DNA from: an uncultured Coriobacteriia bacterium
GTDB lineage: Bacteria > Actinomycetota > Coriobacteriia > Anaerosomatales > PALSA-660
DNA length: 64,000 bases
Assembly (NCBI GenBank): GCA_963701985.1
Contig: OY969691.1
Coordinates: 888,135 to 952,134 of the forward strand
Direction: 5' to 3'
Shown here in pieces: positions 10,817-19,563 of this stretch (positions within the stretch are counted from its first letter, which is position 1; every line of letters begins with the position of its first letter). The translations under genes were made by a program, and so were the position numbers. Below the pieces are notes generated by a model. It did not search any database. It worked only from the letters and a program-made list of their open reading frames with translations, and was not told the origin of the DNA.

Positions 10817-10893
10817 TGGTGGAGACGAGCGAGATTCGAACTCCCGACCTCTGCCGTGCGAAGGCAGCGCTCTCCCAACTGAGCCACGTCCCC
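10817..10893 (-). tRNA. tRNA-Ala (anticodon CGC), CCA encoded
   Basis: Minus strand reads GGGGACGTGGCTCAGTTGGGAGAGCGCTGCCTTCGCACGGCAGAGGTCGGGAGTTCGAATCTCGCTCGTCTCCACCA. It has a 7-bp acceptor stem with G3:U70, D arm GCTC/GAGC, anticodon stem CTGCC/GGCAG with loop TTCGCAC, and T-loop TTCGAAT. The T stem needs one bulged base (77 nt rather than 76). Confidence 0.85.
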
Positions 10894-11013
10894 ACGCCAC
10901 GCCCGCCGACGCGCGGCAGGGCCTGATTACTATGCCCAGCGAGTGCGCGTTTGTCAACGCGAACGGGCGGCCGCACCGCCCGTCACGGGACGTCTTCTCG
11001 CAGGTCGAGGCCC

Positions 11014-11832
11014 TCATCGGCATCGGCCGCGGAAGTGGTCGGCGAGCGCTTCCGCGAGCGACGCCGCGCTCGCCTCCCGCGCCTCGACATCAGGCTCGAC
11101 GCCGAGCTCGCGGAGGGCCTCGGACGTGACCGGACCGATGCTCGCGACGGTCAGACCCGCCAGCAGCTCGCCGGCGTCCAGCCCGGCGTCACGCACGACG
11201 TCCACGAAGCGCCGCGCGGTGCCGCCGCTGGCGAACGTGACGGCGCTGACGCCGCCGGCCCGCAGCCGCTCGAGCACGCCGGGAGGCGGCAGCGCCGTGA
11301 CGAGGCGGTACATCGGCACGACGTCGACGGTGAAGCCGAGCGCCCGCAGCTCGTCCGGCAGCACCTCCCGGGCCTCCTCGGCGCGCGGCAGCAGCACCCG
11401 CGCTCCGGCGGCCGCGCCCAGGTCGCGGAACGCCTCGACCAGGGCCTCCGCGCGCGCGGCGCGCGGGACCATGTCCGGCACCGCACCGCGCGCGGCGAGC
11501 CGCTCGGCCGTGGCGCGCCCGACGGCGGCGAAGCGGACCCGCAGGTCGGACAACCTACGGCCCAGGCGGCTCAGCCGCTGCTCGAAGAGGTCCACGCCGT
11601 TGGTCGAGGTGAAGACGATCCAGTCGTAGGAGTCCAGCCGGCGCACCGCGGCGTCGAACGGCTCCCAGTCCGACGGGTCCGCGATCGCGATGACCGGCAT
11701 GAGGAGCACGTCCGCGCCGAACGCTTCGAGGGCCTCGACGAGCCCCGTCGCCTGATCCGCCGAGCGCGTCACGACGACCGACGTGCCGGCGAGAGGACGA
11801 TCGCCCACTCCGGACTCGGCGCCGGCGGGCAC
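11014..11832 (-). CDS. hemD: Uroporphyrinogen-III synthase
   Basis: 272-aa ORF directly after hemC (3-nt gap) with the HemD-like pattern VVVTRS...YDWIVFTSTNGV...AVGRATA...VLLPRAE...TFASGGTAR. Confidence 0.8.
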   Translation of the reverse strand: MPAGAESGVGDRPLAGTSVVVTRSADQATGLVEALEAFGADVLLMPVIAIADPSDWEPFDAAVRRLDSYDWIVFTSTNGVDLFEQRLSRLGRRLSDLRVRFAAVGRATAERLAARGAVPDMVPRAARAEALVEAFRDLGAAAGARVLLPRAEEAREVLPDELRALGFTVDVVPMYRLVTALPPPGVLERLRAGGVSAVTFASGGTARRFVDVVRDAGLDAGELLAGLTVASIGPVTSEALRELGVEPDVEAREASAASLAEALADHFRGRCR

Positions 11833-11835
11833 GGC

Positions 11836-12807
11836 TCAGGTCTCCAGCAGCGAGTCGACGCGCCCGTCGTCACCGGCGGCCGCGCGGACCTCGTCGAGGA
11901 TCGCGCCCGCGCCGTCCCCGAGCAGCGCGGCGACCATCTCGCGCCCGACCGACTCGGGGTCCGCGGGATCGCCCTCGACCGTCTCGCGCACGATCCTGGA
12001 GCCGTCGACGGCGCCGACCACGGCGTCCATGACGAGCTTGCCGCCCTCGATGCGCGCGTACGCGCCGATCGGTACCTGGCAGCCGCCTTCGAGCGTGCGC
12101 ATGACGACGCGCTCCGCCGCGACGCACGTCATCGTCGTCGCGTCGGCGAGTCGCGAGCACAGGTCGGCCACGAGCGCGTCCGCGGAGCGGATCTCGATGC
12201 CGATCGCGCCCTGCCCGACCGCGGAGACCATCTGCGCGGGCGGGATGTAGTGCGTGATGCGATCGGCCCATCCCATGCGCGTGATGCCCGCGGCGGCGAG
12301 CACGACCGCGTCGACATCGCCCTGCTCCGCCTTCCGCATGCGCGTGTCGAGGTTCCCGCGAACGTCGACGATCTCGACGTCGGGACGCAGCGCGCGGATC
12401 TGCGCGATGCGCCGCAGGGAACTCGTGCCGATGCGCGCGCCCGCCGGGAGCGTGTCGAGCGTGTGGCCGGAGCCGGAGACGATCACGTCGCGCGGGTCGA
12501 CGCGCTCGGGCATCGCGGCGATCTCGAGCCCGTCCGGCACCTCGGTCGGCACGTCCTTCATCGAATGCACGGCCAGGTCCACGCCGCCGCCGTCCAGCTC
12601 GACCTCGATCTCCTTGGTGAAGAGGCCCTTGCCGCCGACGCGGGCCAGCGGCACGTCCAGCACGCGGTCGCCGGTCGTCTTGATGATCTTCAGGCACACC
12701 GCGGCGTCGGTCAGGGCCTCGAGGCGCGCCCTGATGAACTCCGCCTGCCATATCGCGAGCTTGCTGCCGCGCGTCCCGATCGTCAGTGTGGTCCGCTCAG
12801 CACTCAA
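11836..12807 (-). CDS. hemC: Hydroxymethylbilane synthase (porphobilinogen deaminase)
   Basis: LTIGTRGSKLAIWQAE...TTGDRVLDVPLARVGGKGLFTKEIE...AVHSMKDVP...GTSSLRR...RGNLDTR. TTG start 12807 overlaps the hemA stop (TTGA). Confidence 0.95.
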   Translation of the reverse strand: MSAERTTLTIGTRGSKLAIWQAEFIRARLEALTDAAVCLKIIKTTGDRVLDVPLARVGGKGLFTKEIEVELDGGGVDLAVHSMKDVPTEVPDGLEIAAMPERVDPRDVIVSGSGHTLDTLPAGARIGTSSLRRIAQIRALRPDVEIVDVRGNLDTRMRKAEQGDVDAVVLAAAGITRMGWADRITHYIPPAQMVSAVGQGAIGIEIRSADALVADLCSRLADATTMTCVAAERVVMRTLEGGCQVPIGAYARIEGGKLVMDAVVGAVDGSRIVRETVEGDPADPESVGREMVAALLGDGAGAILDEVRAAAGDDGRVDSLLET

Positions 12808-14163
12808 CGCTGTCCCCTGTCCCGTCGTCGCGCGGGCGCTCGGCCCGTCTCAAGAGCGCCGCGCAGTCCCTTGGCGCGGCTCGGCCTCTCCGCGTCCTCC
12901 AGCCCGTAGAGGCGACGAGCCGCCTCTACGTAGAGATAGCCGTCCTTCTCGGTGGCGGCCATGCGCAGGCGCGTCGTCGGCTCGTGGAGCAGCTTGTTCA
13001 CGATCGCCTGCGACAGCGCCTCGACCGTCGCGAGCTCCTTGTCGGAGAGCGTCGCCAGGCGCTTGAGCGCCTTGGCGAGCTCCTCCTGCGCGCACCGCGT
13101 CGGCCTGCGCGCGGATCTCCGCGATCGTCGGCACGACCTCCATCGTCTCGAGCCAAGCCTCGAAGCGCGCCGACCTCCTCGTCGATGATCAGCTCGGCGA
13201 CGTCGCGCCTCGCGCATGCGCTCCTCGAGGTTCGACTCCACGACGCCCGTTCAGGTCGTCGATGTCGTACACGAAGACGTTCGGCGAGCTCGTTCACGGC
13301 CGGGTCGATGTCGCGCGGTACGGCGATGTCGATGAGGAAGAGCGGCCTGCGGCGTGCCCCGCATCGCGGCGGCGACCTCGTCGCTGCTCGATGACGTAGC
13401 CGGGCGCCGCCGTCGAGGAGATGACGATGTCGGCCTCGCGCATGCGCTCGAAGAGCTCCTCGTACGGGATGGCGGTGCCCTCGAAACGCTCGGCGAGCTC
13501 TTCCGCGCGCTCGAACGTGCGGTTCGCGACCAGCACGCTGCGCACGCCTTGGGCGACGAGGTGCTTCGCGGTCAGCTCGCTCATCTTGCCGGCGCCCACG
13601 ACGAGGATCGTGCGTCCGGTCGAGCGTGTCGAAGACCTTCTTGGCCAGCTCGACGGCCGCGTAGCTGATCGACACCGCGCTCTCGCCGATGGCGGTCTCG
13701 GTCCGCACGCGCTTCCCGACCTCGAACGCCTGCCGGAACAACTTGTTGAACGACGCGGCCGGACGTGCCCGCCTCGAAGGCGGCGTCGTAGGCTTCCTTG
13801 CACCTGGTGCAGGATCTGCGCCTCGCCGACGACCATCGAGTCGAGCGAGGAGACGACGCGGAACAGATGGCGCACCACCGCTTCGCCCTCGATCACGTAC
13901 AGGTAGCGGACGAGCTCGTGACGGTCGAGGTCGTGGAAGGAGCACAGGAAGTCGACGACCGCGTCGACCCCGCCGTGCTCGCTCGCGGTGACCGCGTAGA
14001 TCTCGGTGCGGTTGCAGGTCGAGAGGATGACCGCCTCGGCGACCTCGTCGACGTCGACGAGCGCCGCGAGCGCCTCAGCCTGCGCGTTCGCGGGGAAGGT
14101 GAGCTTCTCGCGGATCTCTATCGGCGCGGTCTTGTGCGAAAGACCGACGAGGGTCAGATGCAT
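12804..14163 (-). pseudogene. hemA: Glutamyl-tRNA reductase, multiply frameshifted as sequenced
   Basis: N-terminus [47 protein letters not shown] comes from ATG 14163 (ORF 13294..14259). [40 protein letters not shown] is in ORF 12998..13945. [17 protein letters not shown] is back in the first frame. [14 protein letters not shown] and [36 protein letters not shown] are in further frames (ORF 12804..13241). Confidence 0.85.
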
Positions 14164-14378
14164 GCGGTCGGGCCGCTTTCCTCGTTCGCCCACAAGGGCG
14201 GACGCGTGTCGAGAACATAGGGTGCGCCCCCGCCGAAGCGATGCGTGTTGTTCAGGCAAGCGTGCCCGGCGGGGGCGGTGTCGAAACGGTGTTTGCGCAT
14301 CTCACGAGCTCGCCTGAACGGGTGGAATCGTACCACCCTGCCGAGCGGGGCGGCAACGGCGAACGGCGCGTCGTTCGG

Positions 14379-17300
14379 CTACTCCACCGCCACCTCCGCG
14401 ACGCGATACTTCGCCGATATCGAAGCGCCGATCCTCGTCAGCACGGTCACCTTCACCTTGACGTGCAACGCCTTGAAGCATGCGAGCAGGTACGACCTCA
14501 CGACCGCCGCGCGCGCCCTCGCCAATCTCGCGCGGAACGACTTCGACCGGAACGTGCCGCCCGTGCCGGACACGCCGGTGATCTGCAACGACGTGAAGCC
14601 TTGAGCCGCCGTGAGCGCGGCGAGCCCCCTGAGCATCTTCTTGCCGGAAGCGCTCAGCGTCGCCGAGTTCCCCTTGAAGGAGATGGTGCCGATCTTCACC
14701 GCGGCGCCGGGCTCGTACGTCGCGCGCACGACGTTCGAGTACGTCCCGCTGCCGCCGGTGGCTTGGACGGCCACGCCGGCGTTCGGCCCGAGCAGCTTGT
14801 TCACCGTGAACGAGCTCGCGTTCTTCTTGGCGGTGCCCACCGGTCTGCCGCCGACGTAGATCCGGTAGCCGGTCGCGGCGAGCGAGCCGGCCCACTGCAC
14901 GCGCGTGGTCTTCGCGCTGAGCGGCCCGAACGTGGCCGCGTACGGGTCCGCCGGTTCCACGGTGACGACCGCGTCGACCGTGTACGTATCGCCGTCGCTG
15001 ACGACGGTGACGGGCAGCGTGATCACGCCCGAGAACGTGGGTGTCGGCGTGACGTGGATCGAGGTCCCGTCCACGGTCACCGAACCGACGCCGGCGGTGT
15101 GAGACGCGTCGTCCCCGATGCTGACGGTCGCCTCGCCGCTCGTGCCGCTCAACGTGAGGGTCGTACCGGTCGAGCCGTGCGTCGTGACCGGTGGGAACAC
15201 GGGAACGCTCGGCCCGGTGAGCAGGAAGTCCACGGGATCGCTCGTCGCCGAGTACTCGCCGGTGTCGGTGACCGTGACCCTGAACTGATAGGTGACGTCA
15301 GCGACGAGCCCGTCGACCGTGCACGTCGTGGCACCCGCATCCGTCACCGCGGCGCACGGGCTCCAATCCACGGTGCCCGACGCTCGCCACGAAGCCTGGT
15401 AGCTCGCGAATCCCGACCCGAACGAAGCCGGCGCGCTCCAGCCCACCTGCACGGAGTGCGTGGTCAGCTTCGACGCGTGGACGCCCTGCGGCGCGCTCAC
15501 GTTCGGCAGCACGTTCACCGTGACCGTCGCGGACTGGCCGCCGGTGGTCGTGTAGGTGAAGGTGTCGGTGCCGAGGAAGCTCGCGTCCGGGGTGTACAGG
15601 AGCGTGTTCGACGCCGCGTCCGACGGCTGCGTGACGCTCCCGTTCGCCGGCTGCGTGCAGGTCGCGACGTCGCCGACGCCGTCATCGTCGTTGGAGAGCG
15701 GCGTCACCCAGGCCGGCCGCGAGTAGCACGTGACCGTATCGTCGTGCGCCGCCGCGGCGTGCTCGACGCGGTAGTCGAGCGAGTAGACGGACCCGACGTT
15801 GCCGGCGGCGTCCGTGCCGCGCAGCTCGATGGTGTAGGTGTGGCTGCCGTCGACGCTGGGCAGCCCCGCGATGGGGACGACGAACGTCCCGCCCTCCGTG
15901 TCGCCGGCGGGCGAGGCCGCCCAGGGCCGGACCTGCTCGCCGTCGACGAGCAACGCTTCCTCGAGCCCGGTGGCCCCCGACGACGCCGGCCAGTTCGGGT
16001 CGGTCGCCGTGAGCGTCACGTCGGACGAGCCGTCGTAGAGGCCGCCCTCTTCGGGGGCGCCCTCGATCGAGCACACCGGCCCCGTCGTGTCGATGTTCAC
16101 CCGGAGCGTCTGGGTGTCGCCGGCCTGTTCCCCGCCGCCGGCGCCGATCGCCACCGGGCGCACGTGGAAGTACCACGTGCCGTCCGCCAGCGGCCCTTCC
16201 GTGGCGGCGGTGCCGTCTTCGGAAACGGTGTCCGTCGTCGTGTCGGGAACGCCGTCCTGCGACTGGTCGATCGAGTACGAGTAGCCGACACCGTCCTGGA
16301 CGTCCCAGTCGAAGCCCGGCGAATCGTTGCCGTACCACGTGCCGGCGTCCGGATGCGTCGGAGAGGTCAGCCCCGTCATGTCGCCGACGATGGTGAAGTT
16401 CGTTTCGCCGACGGCGAACTCCCCGTTCTCGTCCACGGGATAGTTGCCGGCGCTATCCAACGCGATGTATTCGTAGAAATACGTGCCGGGCTCGGTCGGA
16501 GCCGTCAGCGTGACGCTCGCCGACGAGGTCTCCCCATATGAGTCGTCGGCGCTGTCGTAGTACGCCAGCGTCGCCACGCCCGACGCATCCGGCATACCGG
16601 GGTCGACCGCCGAGATGACCGAATCGGGCGCGTCACCGGAGAAGTAGGCCGCCCCGTTCTGGATACCGGAGAACTGCATCGATGGGCCGGCCGTGTCGAC
16701 CCGCACTTTCCGAGTCTCGATCGGCCCGCCGAACCCGTCCGTGCCGGTCGCCCGAACGTGGAAGTAGTGGGTACCGTCGGACAGGCCGTTCAGCGTCGCC
16801 GTCACCGGCGCGCCCAGCAGCACCTGCGCTCCGCCCCAGGTCCCGCCCGAGGCGACGCAGTCGGGAACGCCGTCCGCGTTGAAGTCGGCGAGCTGCACCG
16901 ACGTCGAATCGCCGAACGCGGTGATGTCGGACGTGGCCACCGTTGCCGGGAACGACCCGGTACCGTCGTTGCCGATGAGCGCGACGCCGCTCGAACACGC
17001 CGCCACGATGTCCGGCGAGCCGTCACCGGTCACGTCCGCGGCGCGCAACTGGTCGGCGTTCACATTCGTGGCGACCCGCACCGGCGTCCCGAGGTCTCCC
17101 GACCCGTCGCCGTTGAGCAGGAGGACACCCCCGGACGTGCCGGCGTCCGCCACGGCCACGTCGAGGTTCCCGTCGCCGTCGAAGTCGGCCGACGCGATCG
17201 CGCACGGAGAGGTGCCGGAGCCGGTGGAGAAGGAGTTCACGTCGGAGCTGTCAGCCGGGTCCGGGAACGTGCCGTCACCGTTGTTGAGCAGCAGCGTCAC

Positions 17301-19379
17301 GCTGCCCCCCTCGTTCGCGGTCGCGATGTCGGGCGAGCCGTCACCATTGAAATCGCCGACCGTGAGGTCGTGCGGGCTCGCTCCGGTGGGGTACGTGGCC
17401 ACGCCCTGGAACGATCCGTCGCCGTTGCCCAGCAGGACACCGACCGACGAGTCGCCCTGGTTGGTCACGACGAGGTCCGGGTAGCCGTCGCCGTTCACGT
17501 CCGCGACTCGCAGCCCTTCGGGATCGGAACCTCCGGTGAGGTGCTCTTGACCGTACTGGAGGTTCCCTGACCCGTCGTTGAGCATGACAGCGACCAGACC
17601 GACGTCCCGGTTCTGCTGATGGAGCACGACAGCCAGGTCGTCCCAGCCGTCGCCGTTGAAGTCGCCCACCACCATCTGTCCCACGGTGTAGTTGTCGCTC
17701 GAGTCGTACTGCGCCGTATAGACATGGCCGTCGTCGAACCCGCCCGCGCCATTGCCGTAGAAGACGGTGATGTACCAGTATCCGGGCCACGTCACGGCGA
17801 TGTCGGGGATGCCGTCGTGGTTGAAGTCACCGACCGCGAGCTGTCCGAAACGATCGGTCGTTGGCAGGAGCTGCGTCGGGGAGCCGAAGCCGATGTGCAC
17901 GGGGTCGGCCAGCGTGTCCAGGCCGTCGTCGGTCGGGTTCCCGTCGATCTCGTACGAATAGCCCTTCGCGCCCGGGACGCGGTCCCATGTCAGCGTCGCG
18001 GTCGCGTTCGAGTAGTAGCTGTCGGGGTCCGGATGCGTCGGTGACGCGAGCCCGGTCGGCGCGCCCAGGATCGTGATGGTGTACTGGCCGGTGGTCGGAT
18101 TGCCCGCGTTGTCGCGCGCGTCCCAATGCAGGATGTAGTTGCCGGACTCGGACGGGAGCGTCACCGTGGCCACGTCGCCCTCGACGGTCACGCCGGTGTC
18201 GTCGTCGATCCACCAGTGGATGGAAGCGACGCCCGAATCATCGTCCTCGGCGGTGATCGTGCCGACCGCGCTCGGCAGGTAGTAGGCGTCGTTCCACAGG
18301 CCGATCGTCGACACGTCCGGGCCGGTGGAATCGGAGAGCGGCGCGCCGGCGAAGACCTGGTAGCCGTTCGCGTCCGCCACATACACCGTGCCGGACGCCG
18401 GATCGGCCGACACGCCCATCGGGTTCGCGAACGTGTCCGAAGAACCGATGGTGCTGACGGCCCATCCATCGGCGGTCAGGTGCATGCGCCGGATGAGCCC
18501 GTTGTCTTGGTCGTCGACGATCAGGTCGCCGGTGGACGACTGCCAGGCGATATCGTGGGGGTACGAGAAGCGCGCGTCGGTGCCGACCGCGTCGACATCA
18601 TCAGCGGTCTCCGCCGCGCCCGCGATCGTCGTGACGTCGTGCGTCGTCGCGTCGATGCGCCGCACGGTATCGCCCGCGTAGTCGGTGACGTAGATGTTGC
18701 CCGCGAGGTCGCAGGCCAGGCCACGGCAATCGTCGAACTCCGCGGATGCGGGAGTGCCGTCCCGCTCGGCGGCGCTTCCGTCGCCGATCGTTCCGACAAG
18801 GTCGCCGTCGGAGACCAGGTAGTCGAGCACCTGGTCGCCGTCCGTCGCGTACAGGTCCGTTCCATCGGGGCTGAGGCACACGTTGAACGCGTGCTCGTCG
18901 GCGAACGGCTCGACGTCCCCGCCCGGCGTGATCTCCATGATCTCAGTCGCGCATGCGACGTAGACGGTACCGTCGGCCGCGACCGTCAGCCCCTCGGGAT
19001 AGTAGAGGCCGCCGGTCCCGGTCCCCGAGGTCGCGACCGTCGAGACCTGCCACTCGCCGCCGACGAGAGACACCTTGCGTACCTCGGACCCGTACATGTC
19101 GGCGACATAGACCGACCCGTCCGGGGCGACGGCCGTGTCGAACGGCCCGGAGAACGTCGCTGACAGCGCCGGGCCGTCCGCGACCCCGCTGCTCCCGCTG
19201 CCGGCGAACACCGTCCAGCCCCACGTCGACGCGTGCGCGAGCGCCGGCGTCGCCAGAAGCGACAACGACGCTGCGCAGATGATCGCGGCCGCACGAAGAA
19301 GGACCGCGAGCCGACGGCCGCGGTCCTTTCCCATGTTCGGCGCGGTATGAAGCCGGCCCCGATACGACGTCCTCATCAT
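14379..19379 (-). CDS. Giant secreted cell-surface protein with NHL propeller, FG-GAP/VCBS propeller, Ig/cadherin-like and FN3 domains, and an OmpA-like C-terminus
   Basis: Intact 1,666-aa ORF. Signal peptide ...RRLAVLLRAAAIICAASLSLLATPALAHA; alternative start ATG 19334. Six NHL-like blades (e.g. DGSVYVADMYGSEVRKV, AGNIYVTDYAGDTVRRI). Seven FG-GAP/DxDxDG repeats (VGDFNGDGWDDLAV, VADVNGDGYPDLVV, and others). FN3-like HSVQVGWSAP...TYQFRVTV. C-terminus FKGNSATLSASGKKMLRGLAAL...LQITGVSG...LARARAAVVRSYL. Confidence 0.9.
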   Translation of the reverse strand: MMRTSYRGRLHTAPNMGKDRGRRLAVLLRAAAIICAASLSLLATPALAHASTWGWTVFAGSGSSGVADGPALSATFSGPFDTAVAPDGSVYVADMYGSEVRKVSLVGGEWQVSTVATSGTGTGGLYYPEGLTVAADGTVYVACATEIMEITPGGDVEPFADEHAFNVCLSPDGTDLYATDGDQVLDYLVSDGDLVGTIGDGSAAERDGTPASAEFDDCRGLACDLAGNIYVTDYAGDTVRRIDATTHDVTTIAGAAETADDVDAVGTDARFSYPHDIAWQSSTGDLIVDDQDNGLIRRMHLTADGWAVSTIGSSDTFANPMGVSADPASGTVYVADANGYQVFAGAPLSDSTGPDVSTIGLWNDAYYLPSAVGTITAEDDDSGVASIHWWIDDDTGVTVEGDVATVTLPSESGNYILHWDARDNAGNPTTGQYTITILGAPTGLASPTHPDPDSYYSNATATLTWDRVPGAKGYSYEIDGNPTDDGLDTLADPVHIGFGSPTQLLPTTDRFGQLAVGDFNHDGIPDIAVTWPGYWYITVFYGNGAGGFDDGHVYTAQYDSSDNYTVGQMVVGDFNGDGWDDLAVVLHQQNRDVGLVAVMLNDGSGNLQYGQEHLTGGSDPEGLRVADVNGDGYPDLVVTNQGDSSVGVLLGNGDGSFQGVATYPTGASPHDLTVGDFNGDGSPDIATANEGGSVTLLLNNGDGTFPDPADSSDVNSFSTGSGTSPCAIASADFDGDGNLDVAVADAGTSGGVLLLNGDGSGDLGTPVRVATNVNADQLRAADVTGDGSPDIVAACSSGVALIGNDGTGSFPATVATSDITAFGDSTSVQLADFNADGVPDCVASGGTWGGAQVLLGAPVTATLNGLSDGTHYFHVRATGTDGFGGPIETRKVRVDTAGPSMQFSGIQNGAAYFSGDAPDSVISAVDPGMPDASGVATLAYYDSADDSYGETSSASVTLTAPTEPGTYFYEYIALDSAGNYPVDENGEFAVGETNFTIVGDMTGLTSPTHPDAGTWYGNDSPGFDWDVQDGVGYSYSIDQSQDGVPDTTTDTVSEDGTAATEGPLADGTWYFHVRPVAIGAGGGEQAGDTQTLRVNIDTTGPVCSIEGAPEEGGLYDGSSDVTLTATDPNWPASSGATGLEEALLVDGEQVRPWAASPAGDTEGGTFVVPIAGLPSVDGSHTYTIELRGTDAAGNVGSVYSLDYRVEHAAAAHDDTVTCYSRPAWVTPLSNDDDGVGDVATCTQPANGSVTQPSDAASNTLLYTPDASFLGTDTFTYTTTGGQSATVTVNVLPNVSAPQGVHASKLTTHSVQVGWSAPASFGSGFASYQASWRASGTVDWSPCAAVTDAGATTCTVDGLVADVTYQFRVTVTDTGEYSATSDPVDFLLTGPSVPVFPPVTTHGSTGTTLTLSGTSGEATVSIGDDASHTAGVGSVTVDGTSIHVTPTPTFSGVITLPVTVVSDGDTYTVDAVVTVEPADPYAATFGPLSAKTTRVQWAGSLAATGYRIYVGGRPVGTAKKNASSFTVNKLLGPNAGVAVQATGGSGTYSNVVRATYEPGAAVKIGTISFKGNSATLSASGKKMLRGLAALTAAQGFTSLQITGVSGTGGTFRSKSFRARLARARAAVVRSYLLACFKALHVKVKVTVLTRIGASISAKYRVAEVAVE

Positions 19380-19563
19380 CGCCCCCGGTTGTCGAGTCTC
19401 TCGGACGCAACGGCACGACGCTCAACGCCAGAACCTCGGTGCTCACGAGCACCGGACACAGGATATATCGTGCGCATCCGTGTCGGCACGCGGCAACAGT
19501 GAGTATCGGGAGGTGAAGCCGCCGACGTGAGATCCGGCCTCGACCCGTCCCGGCACCCGAGCC

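Noticed and set aside
10745-11013. tRNA-Ala as a genomic-island integration site.
   Set aside because: No integrase, phage gene or repeated 3' tRNA fragment is nearby. The flanking genes are heme biosynthesis genes on both sides.
14225-14277. Inverted repeat CGCCCCCGCCG ... CGGCGGGGGCG between the giant gene stop and the hemA start, as a terminator.
   Set aside because: The 31-nt loop is long and no U-tract follows. It could equally be chance or part of the hemA promoter region. I left it unannotated.
19280-19334. Twin-arginine (Tat) signal in the giant protein (DRGRRLAVLL).
   Set aside because: Only the RR pair fits. The residues after it do not match S/T-R-R-x-F-L-K well. A Sec-type signal peptide with AHA cleavage is the simpler reading.
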